Assembly: GCA_030390025.1 (NCBI GenBank)
Contig: CM059438.1
Location: forward strand, 62,994,001-63,058,000
Source of the DNA: Squalus acanthias
Taxonomy: Eukaryota
Direction: 5' to 3'
DNA length: 64,000 nt
Shown here: positions 1 through 11,441 of the stretch, one piece after another
How positions within the stretch are numbered: position 1 is the stretch's first letter
Layout: each line of letters starts with the position of its first letter
Position numbers and translations under genes: made by a program
Notes under the pieces: model-generated
Told to the model about the DNA's origin: nothing
The model's input: only the letters and a program-made list of their open reading frames with translations
Database searches by the model: none

Positions 1-457
1 CTGGTAACAGTGATTGAGATTGCCCATCAGCCTTTTGCAAGGTTTCCCATCCTGCTGTGAAGCCCACGTTGACAGAAATCAAGTGCAGTCTGTTCATTGC
101 ATTATTAATAATGATTCATTGCTCTTAACTGCAAGAAAGGCTGGGGAAAATTACAAAGATCGGGCAAGATCATGGAGGGATTTAACACAATTAATGTTAA
201 TGAATGAAGTCAGGTGAAATTGATTTTAAAAATGCGTATTTCACAGTCTAACTGTAAAGTAATTACTGCATAGTAACAAATATTCAGTCTATTACATTCT
301 GATGGAAAGCAGCTCTGTTATTTAACTAGCTCCATCGAGGCTATATTGTAATCTTGACACCTATCCCAGTTTGGAAGAGGGTATTTCTATTTTTCTACCC
401 ACTTTTCTAATCATTTAATATCAATAAATACTTTGTGACACAATACTGAATAGTTGC

Positions 458-478
458 ACAGTGCCAGATGGCGCTGCT
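458..478 (+). promoter_or_regulatory. CTCF-like motif
   Basis: GTGCCAGATGGCGCTG in AT-rich unique sequence. Confidence 0.4.
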
Positions 479-934
479 TGTTATGGATAGCTGTTGTTCG
501 AGTTCAGGATGTTAATCTGAAGAGATAATGCAGCAGATTATTAATGTTTTAAAATGTTTTCAGGGATGACCCTTGATTTTATGGGACTGCTTGAAATTTT
601 TGGACAGTTATTTTTGTTACTTTTTCTCGGAGGTGTCCATATCAAAAGGAGCATTTTCATCAGTACAATGCCACCCTCGCCTGGTGCTGTTTTCGCGGAC
701 AGTGACAACCGCTTGCTGTGAAAGGTTGAGATCTGTTGACTGCTGAGTACTCCCTGATGATACTCGTACACAGATCCTGTGGGAATGCAAAGGGATGTTC
801 AGCAGAAGTATGACCTTGGGCTGCTGCTGCTGCACACTCCAGAGGTCGAAGACAAAAAAGAAAGACTTGCATTTATATAGCGCCTTTCACATCCACCAGC
901 CGTCCCAAAATGCTCTACAGCCAATGAATATCCA

Positions 935-1893
935 TCTCTGCATCACCAGCACAGATTGTCCTAGCCTCAAATATATCAACTCCAATTCTGGCCTCTTGCG
1001 CAACCCCGATTTCCTTTGCTCCACCATTGGTGGTCGTGCCTTCAGCTGTTTAGGCCCTAAGCTCTGGAATTCCCTCCCGAAACTTCTCATAAGAACATAA
1101 GAAATAGGAGCAGGAGTAGACCTTGCTACCTCTCTCTCTTCCTTTAAGAGGCTCCTTAAAACCTACCTCTTTTACCAAGCTTTTGGTCATGTGTCCTAAA
1201 ATTAGAGAAGTTATGCTGAACCTTTATAAAGCGCTGGTTAGGCCACAACTGGAGTATTGCATCCAGTTCTGGTCACCACACTTTAGGAAGGATGTGAAGG
1301 CCCTTGAGAGGGTGCAGAGGAGATTTACCAGAATGGTTCTGGGGATGGGGAAATCTTAGCTACAAGGACAGGTTGGAGAAGCTGGATTTGTTTTCATTAG
1401 AGCAAAGGAAGTTGAGGGGTAATTTGATAGAGGTGTACAAGATTATGACGAGTTTGGATAGGCTAGACGGGGAAAGGCTGTTCCCACTAGTTGATGGTAC
1501 AAGTTCTAGGGGACACAGATTTAATGTTTTGGGCAAGAGATACAGGGGGGCGCGGTGAGGAAAAACTTTTTTACGCAGCGAGTGGTGATGACCTGGAATT
1601 CGCTGCCGTCGGAAGTGGTGGAAGCGGAGACATTCAATGTTTTCAAGGGGAGACTTGAGGGAAATAAACTTTCTGGGCTACGGGGATAGAGCGGGGGAAT
1701 GGGACTGACTGGATTGCTCTACAGAGAGCCGGCACGGACTCGATGGGCCGAATGGCCTCCTTCTGTGCCGTTATGACTGACTCTAATATCTCTTTGTGTG
1801 GCTCGGTCTAAAATTTTGTCTGATAACGCTCCCGTGAAGCGCCTTGGGATATTTTACTACGTTAAAGGCGCTATATAAATGCAAGTTGTTGTT
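935..1893 (+). mobile_element. L2 LINE 3' fragment, interrupted by a CR1 fragment and a short CR1 tail
   Basis: STIGGRAFSCLGPKLWNSLP motif and L2 tail ...gcgctatataaatgcaagttgttgttg. Short CR1 tail at about 1089-1121. Confidence 0.8.
1196..1782 (+). mobile_element. CR1 LINE 3' fragment
   Basis: [20 protein letters not shown]...RRFTRM and LFSLEQRKLRGNLIEVYK motifs, plus the 3' stem-loop region. Confidence 0.88.
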
Positions 1894-2394
1894 GTATGTT
1901 CTGTTAGACCGTGGTATTGAAATGCAAATTCAAAAATCTATATTGAAATGTTAGGTACATAGAATGGAATATAATGTTATGTTTTATGTAGTCTGTGTAT
2001 TACTGATGTGTTGTGTCTTCCTCCTGGGGCACCTCTTCTAGTTGCAATGCCAATGCAAGACATAAGAAACAATACTATTCTGCAGTGTAGGAGAGCATAT
2101 GTATGCCATGTTGACTCATCGCCACGAGAGTGTACCATTGTTGGGCTGATCAGAAGTCCCAACAGGAAGGGAGAAATCCATTAGCAGAGAATCCCAGAGG
2201 TGGCCCTACGCATCAGAAATTTGCGCTGTGTTAAATCTCTGCTGCATTATTTCAATCTTCAGTCGATTAAAAATTGTCTGGGAAACCACATCTTGAACTA
2301 TCACTTTGCAGAGTTGACAAAACTCTACCTTTGCCCAATGTGGTTACTCAGGGTGGTCAAACCACCTTAACTACTCTTATTTATTATAGTGTAT

Positions 2395-2965
2395 AGGTAG
2401 AGTAGAGCATCGTGAATTAATCGTAGAAAGAAGGTCAAGCAGATGAAATTTAATGTAGACAAATGTAAAGTAGTACCACCAGTCGGATGAATCTAGTTGC
2501 AATAACCAATGACGAAATGGAAAGAGGTACAAGACTCCTAGTAGACACAACGGCCAATATGTCCCAACCAATACAGAGCCACAATCGACAGGGCCAGTCG
2601 GATGTTGAACTACATCGCCAACGCAGTGGAATGCAAGTCAGAAGAAGTTGCGATTCAATGTTCCCTTTAAGCTGCGCAGCACTCTGCAGCTCCCGCGCAG
2701 CCGGCTCACCGGCTTTTAAATAGGAAAAAAATGCGCATGCGTGGTATTTTGAATGGGCTGCGCAGTCCCTTAAAGGGGCCACGCACCCCTAAAAAAATTG
2801 AAGGAAACATTGGCTGCGATCCGACTGTACAGTGCTCCGTGGAGTCAGTTTTCACCTTGAGTAGGAAAAAAAAAAGAGACATTCAAGTGCTGGAGGCAGT
2901 GCAGAGAAGATCCATCAGGCTGATCCCTCGTGTCAGAGGTCTGAATTTTAAGAAAAGGCTTCAGC
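2395..2965 (+). mobile_element. Old CR1 remnant
   Basis: Degenerate FNVDKCKV... and DIQVLEAVQRRSIRLIP motifs, interrupted by a MITE. Confidence 0.65.
2656..2812. mobile_element. hAT-type MITE (CAATGTTCCC TIR family)
   Basis: Ends CAATGTTCC...GGAAACATTG with imperfect flanking duplication gttgcgat/gctgcgat. Confidence 0.7.
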
Positions 2966-3009
2966 TTTTCGGCCTGGCAAGGAGGCAACGGGTTCAAGCC
3001 AGGAACAAA

Positions 3010-3146
3010 AAGCAAAATACCGCAGGTACTGGAATTACGAAACAAAAAACAAATGTTGCTCGAGTCACACAGCAGGTCAGGCAGCATCAGTCGAGAAAAC
3101 AAAAGTCAGTTGACATTTCAGGTGTAAACCCTTCTCCAGAACTGAT
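3010..3146 (-). mobile_element. Degenerate Penelope terminal fragment
   Basis: Similar to 19321-19450. Decayed hammerhead core (CTGGAGA...GAAA on the minus strand). Confidence 0.6.
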
Positions 3147-3242
3147 GAACAAAGTGTGGGCTGAATGGTCTTCCTCATCCGTCAGGATTGCGATCGTTGT
3201 GTCATTCTCTTTCCTTCCTCGTAAGTAAAATGAGCGTTGACT

Positions 3243-3312
3243 ATTGGAGATGGGCAATAAATGCTGGCCTTGCCAGCGACGCCCAGATCCCATAAACGAA
3301 TTAAAAAAAAAA
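3243..3312 (+). mobile_element. 3' tail of the L2/Crack-like LINE family
   Basis: gatgggcaataaatgctggccttgccagcgacgccc...poly-A, same as 62805-62870. Confidence 0.75.
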
Positions 3313-3345
3313 TAACTCATCTGATCTAGTGCTGAGATATTAGCC

Positions 3346-3546
3346 CAGGGGTGGGCAATTATTTGGGCTGGAGGGCCACTTAACAAGTTTTGGGGAGCTG
3401 TTGAAGGCTGCACACCAATTTTCCCCTAAGGTGTGCGGCTGTGGACCAATGGCGAGGGCCTGAACAGGCCGCTCACCGGCTCCTGCTGCTGGAAGCGATA
3501 CTGCGCGTGCAGCACTGTTAAGTGGCCAAATGATTGCCCACTCCCG
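3346..3546. mobile_element. hAT-type MITE
   Basis: TIRs CAGGGGTGGGCAAT / ATTGCCCACTCCCG. TSD poorly preserved. Confidence 0.55.
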
Positions 3547-3984
3547 AATAAGAGCTTTTGAAACCAACCAGCTACATTTGCACTGTCTTTGAAAACATAC
3601 AGGGGCGGGCGACATGTTTGACTGTGCAGCTGGCCGTTTGCCATGTTATTTTCAGTACCCCATGCAGTTATCCATTGTTCCTTATTTTGCTATCTGATTT
3701 CAAGGCCACTTCTGCACAAGGCTATTCTCGAAATGATTCAGTGCGCAAAACCCTTTTATCAGCCCCAGCACAGTCCAGACTCAACAGAAGTTCCAATTAG
3801 TATGAACACTGACCCAGCGAGCAGAAATAAACCCACATCACGCTCCCCCAGCTACAGCAAGGTTGAAATGAAGATCCCTCCATTACGCCAGAAACAATAT
3901 TGATCACAAAGATGAGGGCAGACTAAACACGCTGCTCTACAAGCAACGAGGGCATGCACAGTATCTAAAATCGCGTGCCATTAC

Positions 3985-4128
3985 CTGGAGTCCTTGCGCT
4001 CCGGGACCCACACCCGTGTCTAAGACGGCGATGAGAACCTCCTCCCCCCCATCGTACTCTGGGTACCGGGAGAGAAAGGACGCAGTGCCGGTCTCTTCGG
4101 TAAAAGAGTCCTGGAGATGAGCAGCCAT
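3985..4128 (-). pseudogene. TPP2: Degenerate copy of tripeptidyl peptidase II exon 1 (pseudogene fragment or diverged paralog)
   Basis: Translation [48 protein letters not shown] matches the recalled TPP2 N-terminus ([36 protein letters not shown]), including the subtilase catalytic Asp motif LDTG. Followed by a phase-0 donor CAG|GTAATG (3984). The conserved EEPFPFHGLLPKK segment is scrambled. No exon 2 recognised in 1-3984. Confidence 0.85.
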
Positions 4129-4184
4129 GCCGCAACTCTAAAATGGATAGGGCATATTCCAGTACACAGTGCATTCTGGGTACA

Positions 4185-4260
4185 GACATCCGCCATTGGG
4201 GCCCAGAATCGCGGAAAGGATCCTTTTAGGATTGGGCGGGGGGAGGGGTGGAAATCGCTT
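4185..4260 (-). promoter_or_regulatory. CCAAT/GC-box promoter-like context upstream of the TPP2-like exon
   Basis: ATTGG at 4195 and 4231, GGGCGGGG at 4234, and local CpG enrichment over about 3960-4430. Confidence 0.35.
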
Positions 4261-5509
4261 TTGGGAATTGATAAATTGAATTGAGTATTTTAGTGTGTTT
4301 TCCCTGGCTGCAGTTCGGGTCCATTTCTGACCCACGAGAAGTGAAAGTGACTAATGTGCAGCCTGAGCTCCGGCTCGCGTTTTATTTCTGTCCTGTCTAT
4401 TGAGCCGGAGAGAATGACTTAGCGGGCCGTATTTTACCCACCCCTGTATTAGCCCTATTATTGACTCTAGTCACGGGATGGTCACTAAATGCCATTCTTA
4501 GGTTGTTGCTCAGGTCTCTGGGAGCGTAGTGCTCAAGGGAAGACCATAGGCTTACAAGTGCCGCTCTCCTCATTCTTGCTTATACCACCAGACCATATTG
4601 GATCAGTTGGAGGCCTATGTTTGTGCTGCTTCTATGGGCAACTGCCAGTATCCACAAAAAGTTGGGACCTGGATGCCATCAAAGGTGCAGAGCATTCCTC
4701 TCACTCACCTGTTGGGTTCCTTGATGGAAAAATGATCCAGGTAGAATAGCTGCGACACTCAACTGCAGAACAGGGTGGTGCAGCATGTTAGGCTTCCTGA
4801 TGGTTTGAAGGGTGAACGGTGCTCTTTTGCAGCTTGCGTTGGAGAAAACACTGCAACTGAACCACACTACACATGACCCAGAATAATGTGACCTGAGTCG
4901 ATTGTAGACTTAATGTTTAACATCCCAGGACAGTTATCCTTGGGCAAAGAGACTCTGAAATACAGTGTAATTAAGCGAACGAATACCAGATGGTGCCTCT
5001 TTAAAAGCTGCTGATAACTATCAAAGTGAGCTTGGCGCACGTGCGGGTTGCAGTATTCTGCGGCTGGCAGATGAAGCAAAGTGTGACCTTGTTTACAGAG
5101 GGAATATAATCACTTCTGTGTCTGCTAAATTAGGCTAATAAAGTAAATTGACAGCATCTTCCATCAGATAATGGCCAGTTGCTTGTCATGACTACAAGAG
5201 CCATGGCAATCAATATTTGTTTCAGTCAAATAGCTGAGGCCATTTGTTGTATTGACAATGCGCAGTAGATTGTTCAGAGATTTAGCTATTGGACTCCTGA
5301 GCATACATGCAGAAGACAATTGCTAAAGTATACAGTCTCTTCGAAGTACATTGGTACATTTAAGAGATAATACTCCTGATTCAATAGAAATGACACAAGA
5401 ACTGATTACAACTTAACCAACAAAGTATGCAAAAGGATATGATGCATGCTTTGGTTGTTAAGATCAAGGCTCCCTCTTTATATTTACTTATTTCAAGGAA
5501 TAATAATAA

Positions 5510-6155
5510 TAACCAGGGTTGGTTGCCTGGCTTGATGTTAATGGTAGAGTGAGGGATATGCCGGGCCATGAGGTTACAGATTGTGGTGGAATACAATTCT
5601 GCTGCTGCTGATGGCCCACCGAACCTCATGGATGTCCAGTTTTGAGCTGCTAGATCTGTTCTGAATCTATCCCATTTAGCACGGTGGTAGTGCCACACAA
5701 CACAATGGAGGTCGTTCTCAGTGTGAAGACAGGACTTTGTCTCAACAAGGACTGTGCGGTGGTCACTGCTACCAATACTGTCATGGACAGATGCATCTGC
5801 GACAGGTAGATTGGTGAGGACGAGGTCAAGTAGGTTTTCCCCTCGTGTTAGTTCTCTCACCACCTGTCGCAGGCCCAGACTGGCAGCTATGACCTTCAGG
5901 CCTCGGCCAGCTCGGTCAGTAGTGGTGCTAGCGAGCCACTCTTGGTGATGGACATTGAAGTCCCCCACCCAGAGTGCATTCTCTGCCCTTGCTACCCTCC
6001 ATGCTTCTTCCAAGTGGTGTTCAGCATGGAGGAGTACTGATTCATCAGCTGAGGGAGGGCGGTAGGTGGTAATCAGCAGGAGGTTTCCTTGCCCATGTTT
6101 GACCTGAAGCCATGAGACTTAATGGGCTCTGGAGTCAATGTTGAGGATTCCCAGG
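5510..6155 (-). mobile_element. LINE ORF2 fragment, AP-endonuclease region (CR1-group, L2/Crack-like)
   Basis: WVGDFNVHH...TRGENLLDLVLTN...SSDH APE motifs. Homologous to 58770-59090. Confidence 0.85.
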
Positions 6156-7441
6156 GTATAACATAATTTAAGAGGGAATTTGATAGGTATATAGAAAAGG
6201 AAGAATATAAAAGGATGCAGGAAAGGGGCATTAAATGGAATTGGAACAGATATCAAGTTAAGGCGCTAGTAGTGGCACAGGCTCATCATGCCAAATGGTC
6301 GTCTCCTCTGCTGTAATTTCTTTTATTTTTCCTTTCTGGTTAAGGTCTTTTATACCATGCTTGTCAGATAGATGGTTGGTCGACATTATATTCATTGATT
6401 TAGAACAACAGTGATATCTGTAACCAGGATAGATTCTGCTGAAGTTGACCCTGGCAGTTGCTGGGAACACAATAAGACATGACAAATTGGAGCAATTGGC
6501 AACAGAATGCCAACAGCAGCTGTGATCCAGCAAGTGATGGTTGCCCCTTGTGTGTGCATGGGACCCCGTTCCAAGTGATGATGCTGCCTGAAGGGCTGGT
6601 TCTTCAGGTTGGAGAAACTTTACTGCCAGCATTCTGTGCAGACTTTCTGGATTGATAATGAATGTTGAAGGAGCTCTTCTGCTCCAATAGAGCCTGCATT
6701 AAACATTGGGAACTGTTCTGTGCCTGCTTCAGTCATTACCTCATAGAAGACGTTAGAACATTGGTCCTTTTGGCATTGCACTGTGATGAATCCAGGAGGA
6801 AGAGACATGTTTTCTTTGCAGTTTACCAAACAGATCTCCAGTATTCCGTGACTGGGTGATTGTAGGCTTTGTAGAACCTAAAGCAACAGTTCTTGCCAAC
6901 TGAAATTCTTAATTTTTTTCTCTTCAGGTAAGTTATATTTTGCCAAAAGTTTTCTATTATATCAGAAAAACTTGGACAACAGTGCTGTAAAAATGATTGG
7001 TTACTACTGTAATGATCAATAAATCCTAGACAGATTTATTATGGCTGTCAACCTTTTGCTAATAGTTCGATGTAATTTACAAATCCATCCATAAAGACCA
7101 GGGAAGAAAGGGAAGAGAATGTCGAGACTAAAATCTTTCATGAAATATATCCGATATACACTAACAATACTAGTAAGCCTCACGTGGAACTGCTTAGGGG
7201 TAATCTGAGGTACGGAGTGTGGTTTCTGATGATTAACCAGTGCTCTTCACAGTGAAGTTAACTAAGTTACAATATACATTCCTAGAATGAGTTCCTTCTG
7301 CCTCTTGGCGAGGTCATCTGATTTCCAACAAAACTCCAAGTTAAATGACAATTCACAAAAATCAAAATGTAAAACTGCACTCATGGTTTAAATAGTCACA
7401 AAAGGTTACTTGGAATCTGCTGGGTTCCTGTGAACCTCTAT

Positions 7442-8175
7442 GGCCCTGATTTTGCAGTAGAAATAACAGTGAGGCTATCAGCACTCCGCGTTATTGAAGA
7501 CTAAATCGGACAGCAACTTCCAGCGACCGCACGTGCAGTTAAACACAGAAATCAGGAAGTTGCTGTCTGAGTTGCCTTGCTCCTCCTGAAGCTTCGCTAC
7601 ACCGGTACCTCGCCAAGAGACTCGGCATTGAAACACATGGAATGGTGATACTTACCCACTAGATATACCCACTAAACATGGCAGAAAAAGTTAGGGCTTG
7701 TCCATTCAAGTGCAAGTGAATTTTTAACGGCGTGATAAATCTTAATTACTGCCAAACAACCTCTCTGGAACTGAAAATTAACTTTTACAAGTGCGGAGTT
7801 TCATTCCTTCAGATTTTAATTATTGTTGGAGATTTAAATTAAAAAAAAAAAGTTTTGCTTTTTCTTTTTCAATCTTTTATTTCTGTCTCTTTCTCTTGCT
7901 TTATTTCACTTTCTGTACATGTTTTGACATTGAAATAACTATTCTAACTGACACTTCCTGACTTAGACTCTTCAATCTGATTGGTTGAGGGTACACACAG
8001 TTGCGTGCCCTGTTCACACAGGTCCCAGATCCCCTGTAGAGGGCGCCGCGCTGTTTTGGATTTCTAATAACCACCACAAGTTCCAGTCCAAAAGCCCATA
8101 GGAAGTCTGTGGGCAAGTGTAAATGCAATGAATGGCTAGTGCCTTTCGTTCACCGCTGACCGCAAAATCCGGGCC
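7442..8175. mobile_element. PIF/Harbinger-type MITE
   Basis: TIRs GGCCCTGATTTTGC / GCAAAATCCGGGCC with flanks TAT/TTT. Related, in reverse orientation, to 33421-34100. Confidence 0.65.
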
Positions 8176-8783
8176 TTTGTGAAACGGAGGCAGCTGCTCC
8201 ATTGGAAAACACTCAGCTCTCTGCACAAAGGCCAAAGCCATAAGAGAAGGTGGAACAGCGCGAGATGGCAGCGAATTCCTGCAATCAGGATCCAGTTGTT
8301 AAAATGGGATCATTGGTCAGGCATGGGATTTGAGCACAAGTGGGCTTCAACAGCTGTAGAGCCCACTCGAAATAGTGGGGCCCAGAAAGCAGCAAGTTGG
8401 GGAGTGCAACAGATTGGATCGGCCTGGGAAGAAAGAGATGCAACAGTGGAAGGTCGGGGTCAGCAGATTCAAGATCCAGAGAGTGAGCAATTTGTGCAGT
8501 CAGATGTGTTCAGTCTGCTGGTAACTGCTATGGTACCTTGTGCAGTTATGATTTCATTAAAGGAGGATTTAATTAAAGTTTCATATTTTTAATTCATTTA
8601 GCAAATACCCTGTTAATGAGTAACTGTATCATGAAGTCCGGTTTAATTATTTAATTTAAGTCAACAATTTATCTGTGCATATAATAATTTGTAATAATTT
8701 GAAAGGTTGGGTGTGTTGCTGCTGATGCAAAAATGCCTGTCTTTTCCTATGGACATATCATCGCTATAACATTAATACAAAAC

Positions 8784-8986
8784 CAAAATACTGCAGATGC
8801 TGAAAATCTGAAATGAAAACAGAAAATGCTGGAAATACTCAGCAGGTCAGGCAGCATCTGTGGAGAGAGAAACAGTTAATGTTTCAGGTTCTGAAGAAAG
8901 GTCATCGACCTGAAACGTTAACTCTGTTTCTCTCTCCACAGATGCTGCCTGACCTGCTGAGTGTTTCCAGCATTTTCTGTTTTTAC
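8784..8986. mobile_element. Palindromic Penelope-derived mini-element
   Basis: About 75-bp inverted arms (8816-8889 / 8908-8983) of the Penelope terminal sequence, with a hammerhead at the centre. Confidence 0.8.
8887..8923 (+). ncRNA. Minimal type I hammerhead ribozyme (Penelope-associated)
   Basis: GGTT-CTGAAGA-A-AGGTC(atc)GACCT-GAAA-CG-TT-AACT. Confidence 0.7.
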
Positions 8987-9199
8987 CTCTAACATTCTTC
9001 CCCCTCCCCATGCTGTGTGCCAACTTAGACTGCAAAAGGGTGGTGTTCTAGAGGGTAGAAAGTTAACCGTGACCAACTATCTGTAGGTGAGTCAGTCACA
9101 CACCCTGTCAGCTAATTTTAAATTGTGATGGTAAAAATTTAAAAAACAATTGTGTTCGCCACTTTTCGATAATTCCCATTAATACGTGTTAGGAATAAT

Positions 9200-10020
9200 A
9201 GCCGTGGCTCAGTGGGTAGCACCCTCGCCTCTGAGTCAGAAGGTTGTGGGTTCAATTCCCACTCCAGAGATTTAAGCACAAAATCTAGACTGACACTGCA
9301 GTGCAGTTCTGAGGGAGTGCTGCACTGACGTAGGTGCCGTCTTTCAGATGAATCGTTAAATCGAGGACCTGTCTGCCCTCTCAGGTGGACTTTAAAGAGC
9401 CTGTGGCACTATTTTGAAGAAGAGCAGGGGAGTTCTCATGATGTGTCCAAAATTTATCCCTAACCAACATCACTAAAATACACTATCAAGTCATTGCTGT
9501 TTGTGTGCAAATTGGCCACCACATTTCTCTACATTACAACAGTGACTACACTTCCAAAAGTACTTCATTGGCTGTGAAGTGTTTCGGGACGTCTTTTTTT
9601 ATAATTCGATTATGTGATGTGGGCGTCGCTGGCAAGGCCAGCATTTATTGCCCATCCCTAATTGCCCATGAGCCGCCGCCTTGAACCGCTGCAGTCCGTG
9701 TGGTGAAGGTACTCCCACAGTGCTGTTAGGGAGGGAGTTCCAGGATTTTGACCCAGCGACGATGAAGGAACGGCCGATATATTTCTAAGTCAGGATGGTG
9801 TGTGACTTGGAGGGGAACTTGGAGGTGGTGGTGTTCCCATGTTCCTGCTGCCCTTGTGGAAGAGGTCGCGGGTTTGGGAGGTGCTGCCGAAGAAGCCTTG
9901 GCGAGTTGCTGCAGTGCATCTTGTAGATGGTACACACTGCAGCCACGGTGCGCCGGTGGTGGAGGGAGTGAATGTCCTGAGGTTGTGAAAGGCGCTGTAT
10001 AAATGCAAATCTTTTCTTTT
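9200..10020 (+). mobile_element. tRNA-derived Deu-domain SINE, split by a LINE 3' fragment
   Basis: Box A GGCTCAGTGG and box B GGTTCAATTCC, Deu core (cgttaaatcgagg...ggcactattttgaagaagagcagggg). Tail resumes at 9974. Confidence 0.85.
9594..9973 (-). mobile_element. L2/Crack-like LINE 3' fragment inside the SINE
   Basis: Reverse complement of 62480-62870, with duplicated GTC at 9591-9593 and 9974-9976. Confidence 0.82.
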
Positions 10021-10172
10021 GGCAAACGAGACAGAAGCCTGTAAGGCTTCCATGTCATACGAGTTTGGGTAGTTGCAGTCCTGTACCTACCAGTTTACAG
10101 CAAAAAACTGGCCATAGTTCAACACTAAATTCTTGTCATTGTTTGAGTCTTTTGCTGTCTACAACTCTTCAC

Positions 10173-10303
10173 CAATGTTAACTCTAATTTTTTTGTGCAC
10201 GGTCCCTTTAAATTTGCTGCGCATGCACGGCCTCTTCCAGCAACAACAGCCTGCGCGGGAACTCCCGATTGCTGCGTGGTCACGCACCTTTGAGGGAATA
10301 TCG
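10173..10303. mobile_element. hAT-type MITE (CAATGTTCCC family)
   Basis: 8-bp TSD ctcttcac (10165-10172) / ctctccac (10304-10311). Confidence 0.7.
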
Positions 10304-10589
10304 CTCTCCACTATACCCTGTATTAACGGGGAGTAACTACAAGGTGCATATGAGTGACAACTGAAAAAGATGAGAGATATAATTAGTATTCTGTGGAAAA
10401 GAGAAAAAAAATGTACCAAATGTAGAATTTTGATTCCAATTATAGGGCACATTTTCCATGAAGAAAGGGATAAAAATAAACAATTTGCTGGCAGTTAAGC
10501 AAGAAACTGCATATGTTCTGAATAATGTGCTCAGAAAGTCAGCATTGAGCCAATCTTCGCTCCCTAGTTTAATTCTATCTTCCCGCTCC

Positions 10590-11120
10590 CCCCCTCATCA
10601 CCACAGAAACCTTCACCTCGTAGCTTGATTTCTTTTCATGCTTCCCTAGTTGGCCTCGGTGCCCCAACCCTCCACAAGCTGCGCTCATCCAAAATATTGC
10701 AGCCAGCATCGTCACTCGCACCCTCATCACCTTTATGCTCTCCAAGCCCCCTGTGGCCCAGAGAGTTGACTTCAGAATTCTTCTTGCTTTCAGATCCTTT
10801 CATTGCCTCACTGTACGCTATCTTAGTGACCTGCCCCTACCTTACATCCCTGCACGCACTGTCTGCTCCTGTAACGCTCTGTTTCTCAGCTTTTCCCTTG
10901 CTCTCTCCACTCTACCATCGGTGGTCTTGAATTTAGCAAATACACTCCCACTCAGCTCCCTCCACACCATCAAAAACCTCCTCAAAACCTTGCTTCTGGT
11001 CCCACCGCCCCAACCTTCTCCATTTGTCCCTTTTGGCCACCTGCTGGATGTCCATTGTTTGCTCCTCAATGTGAAGCACGTTAAGGCATCTTCCTGCACG
11101 TGAAGGGCGCTACAGGAGTG
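10590..11120 (+). mobile_element. Old L2 3' remnant
   Basis: Degenerate PVAQRVDFRILLAFRSFH and KNLLKT motifs. Confidence 0.6.
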
Positions 11121-11379
11121 CATTGTGTTTCTTATATTGCAGGGTGTGTCATGGTCTGGATCTCTGGCATGCTTCATCATTCTCTGTTCCGTTCATGATG
11201 TTCAATATGACAGTGCATTCTTAAAGAGGAAGCCTAGATACTTCCATTAATATAAATTATGGTATCAGTTCAAGAGCTGGAAATTTGCAAAACTGGTTTT
11301 GGCTTTCAGTTGTTTTGCACTCTGCAAACACAGAATTTACAGGGGTGTGAATTAGAGAGAGTCCGGTGGCATAGTTACG

Positions 11380-11441
11380 TACCCATGAGCAGTAATACCC
11401 ATGGGCAGTGATACCCACGGGCAGGGATACCCACGAGCGGA
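11380..11441. repeat. 16-bp tandem repeat, about 4 copies
   Basis: tacccatgagcagtaa / tacccatgggcagtga / tacccacgggcaggga / tacccacgagcgga. Confidence 0.8.

Noticed and set aside
9200..9275. tRNA genes at SINE heads (also 14235, 56293, 63200)
   Set aside because: Box A/B run directly into SINE bodies, with no complete cloverleaf or terminator.
11380..11441. Regular short repeats as a CRISPR array
   Set aside because: The units are contiguous with no unique spacers, no cas genes are present, and the context is eukaryotic.
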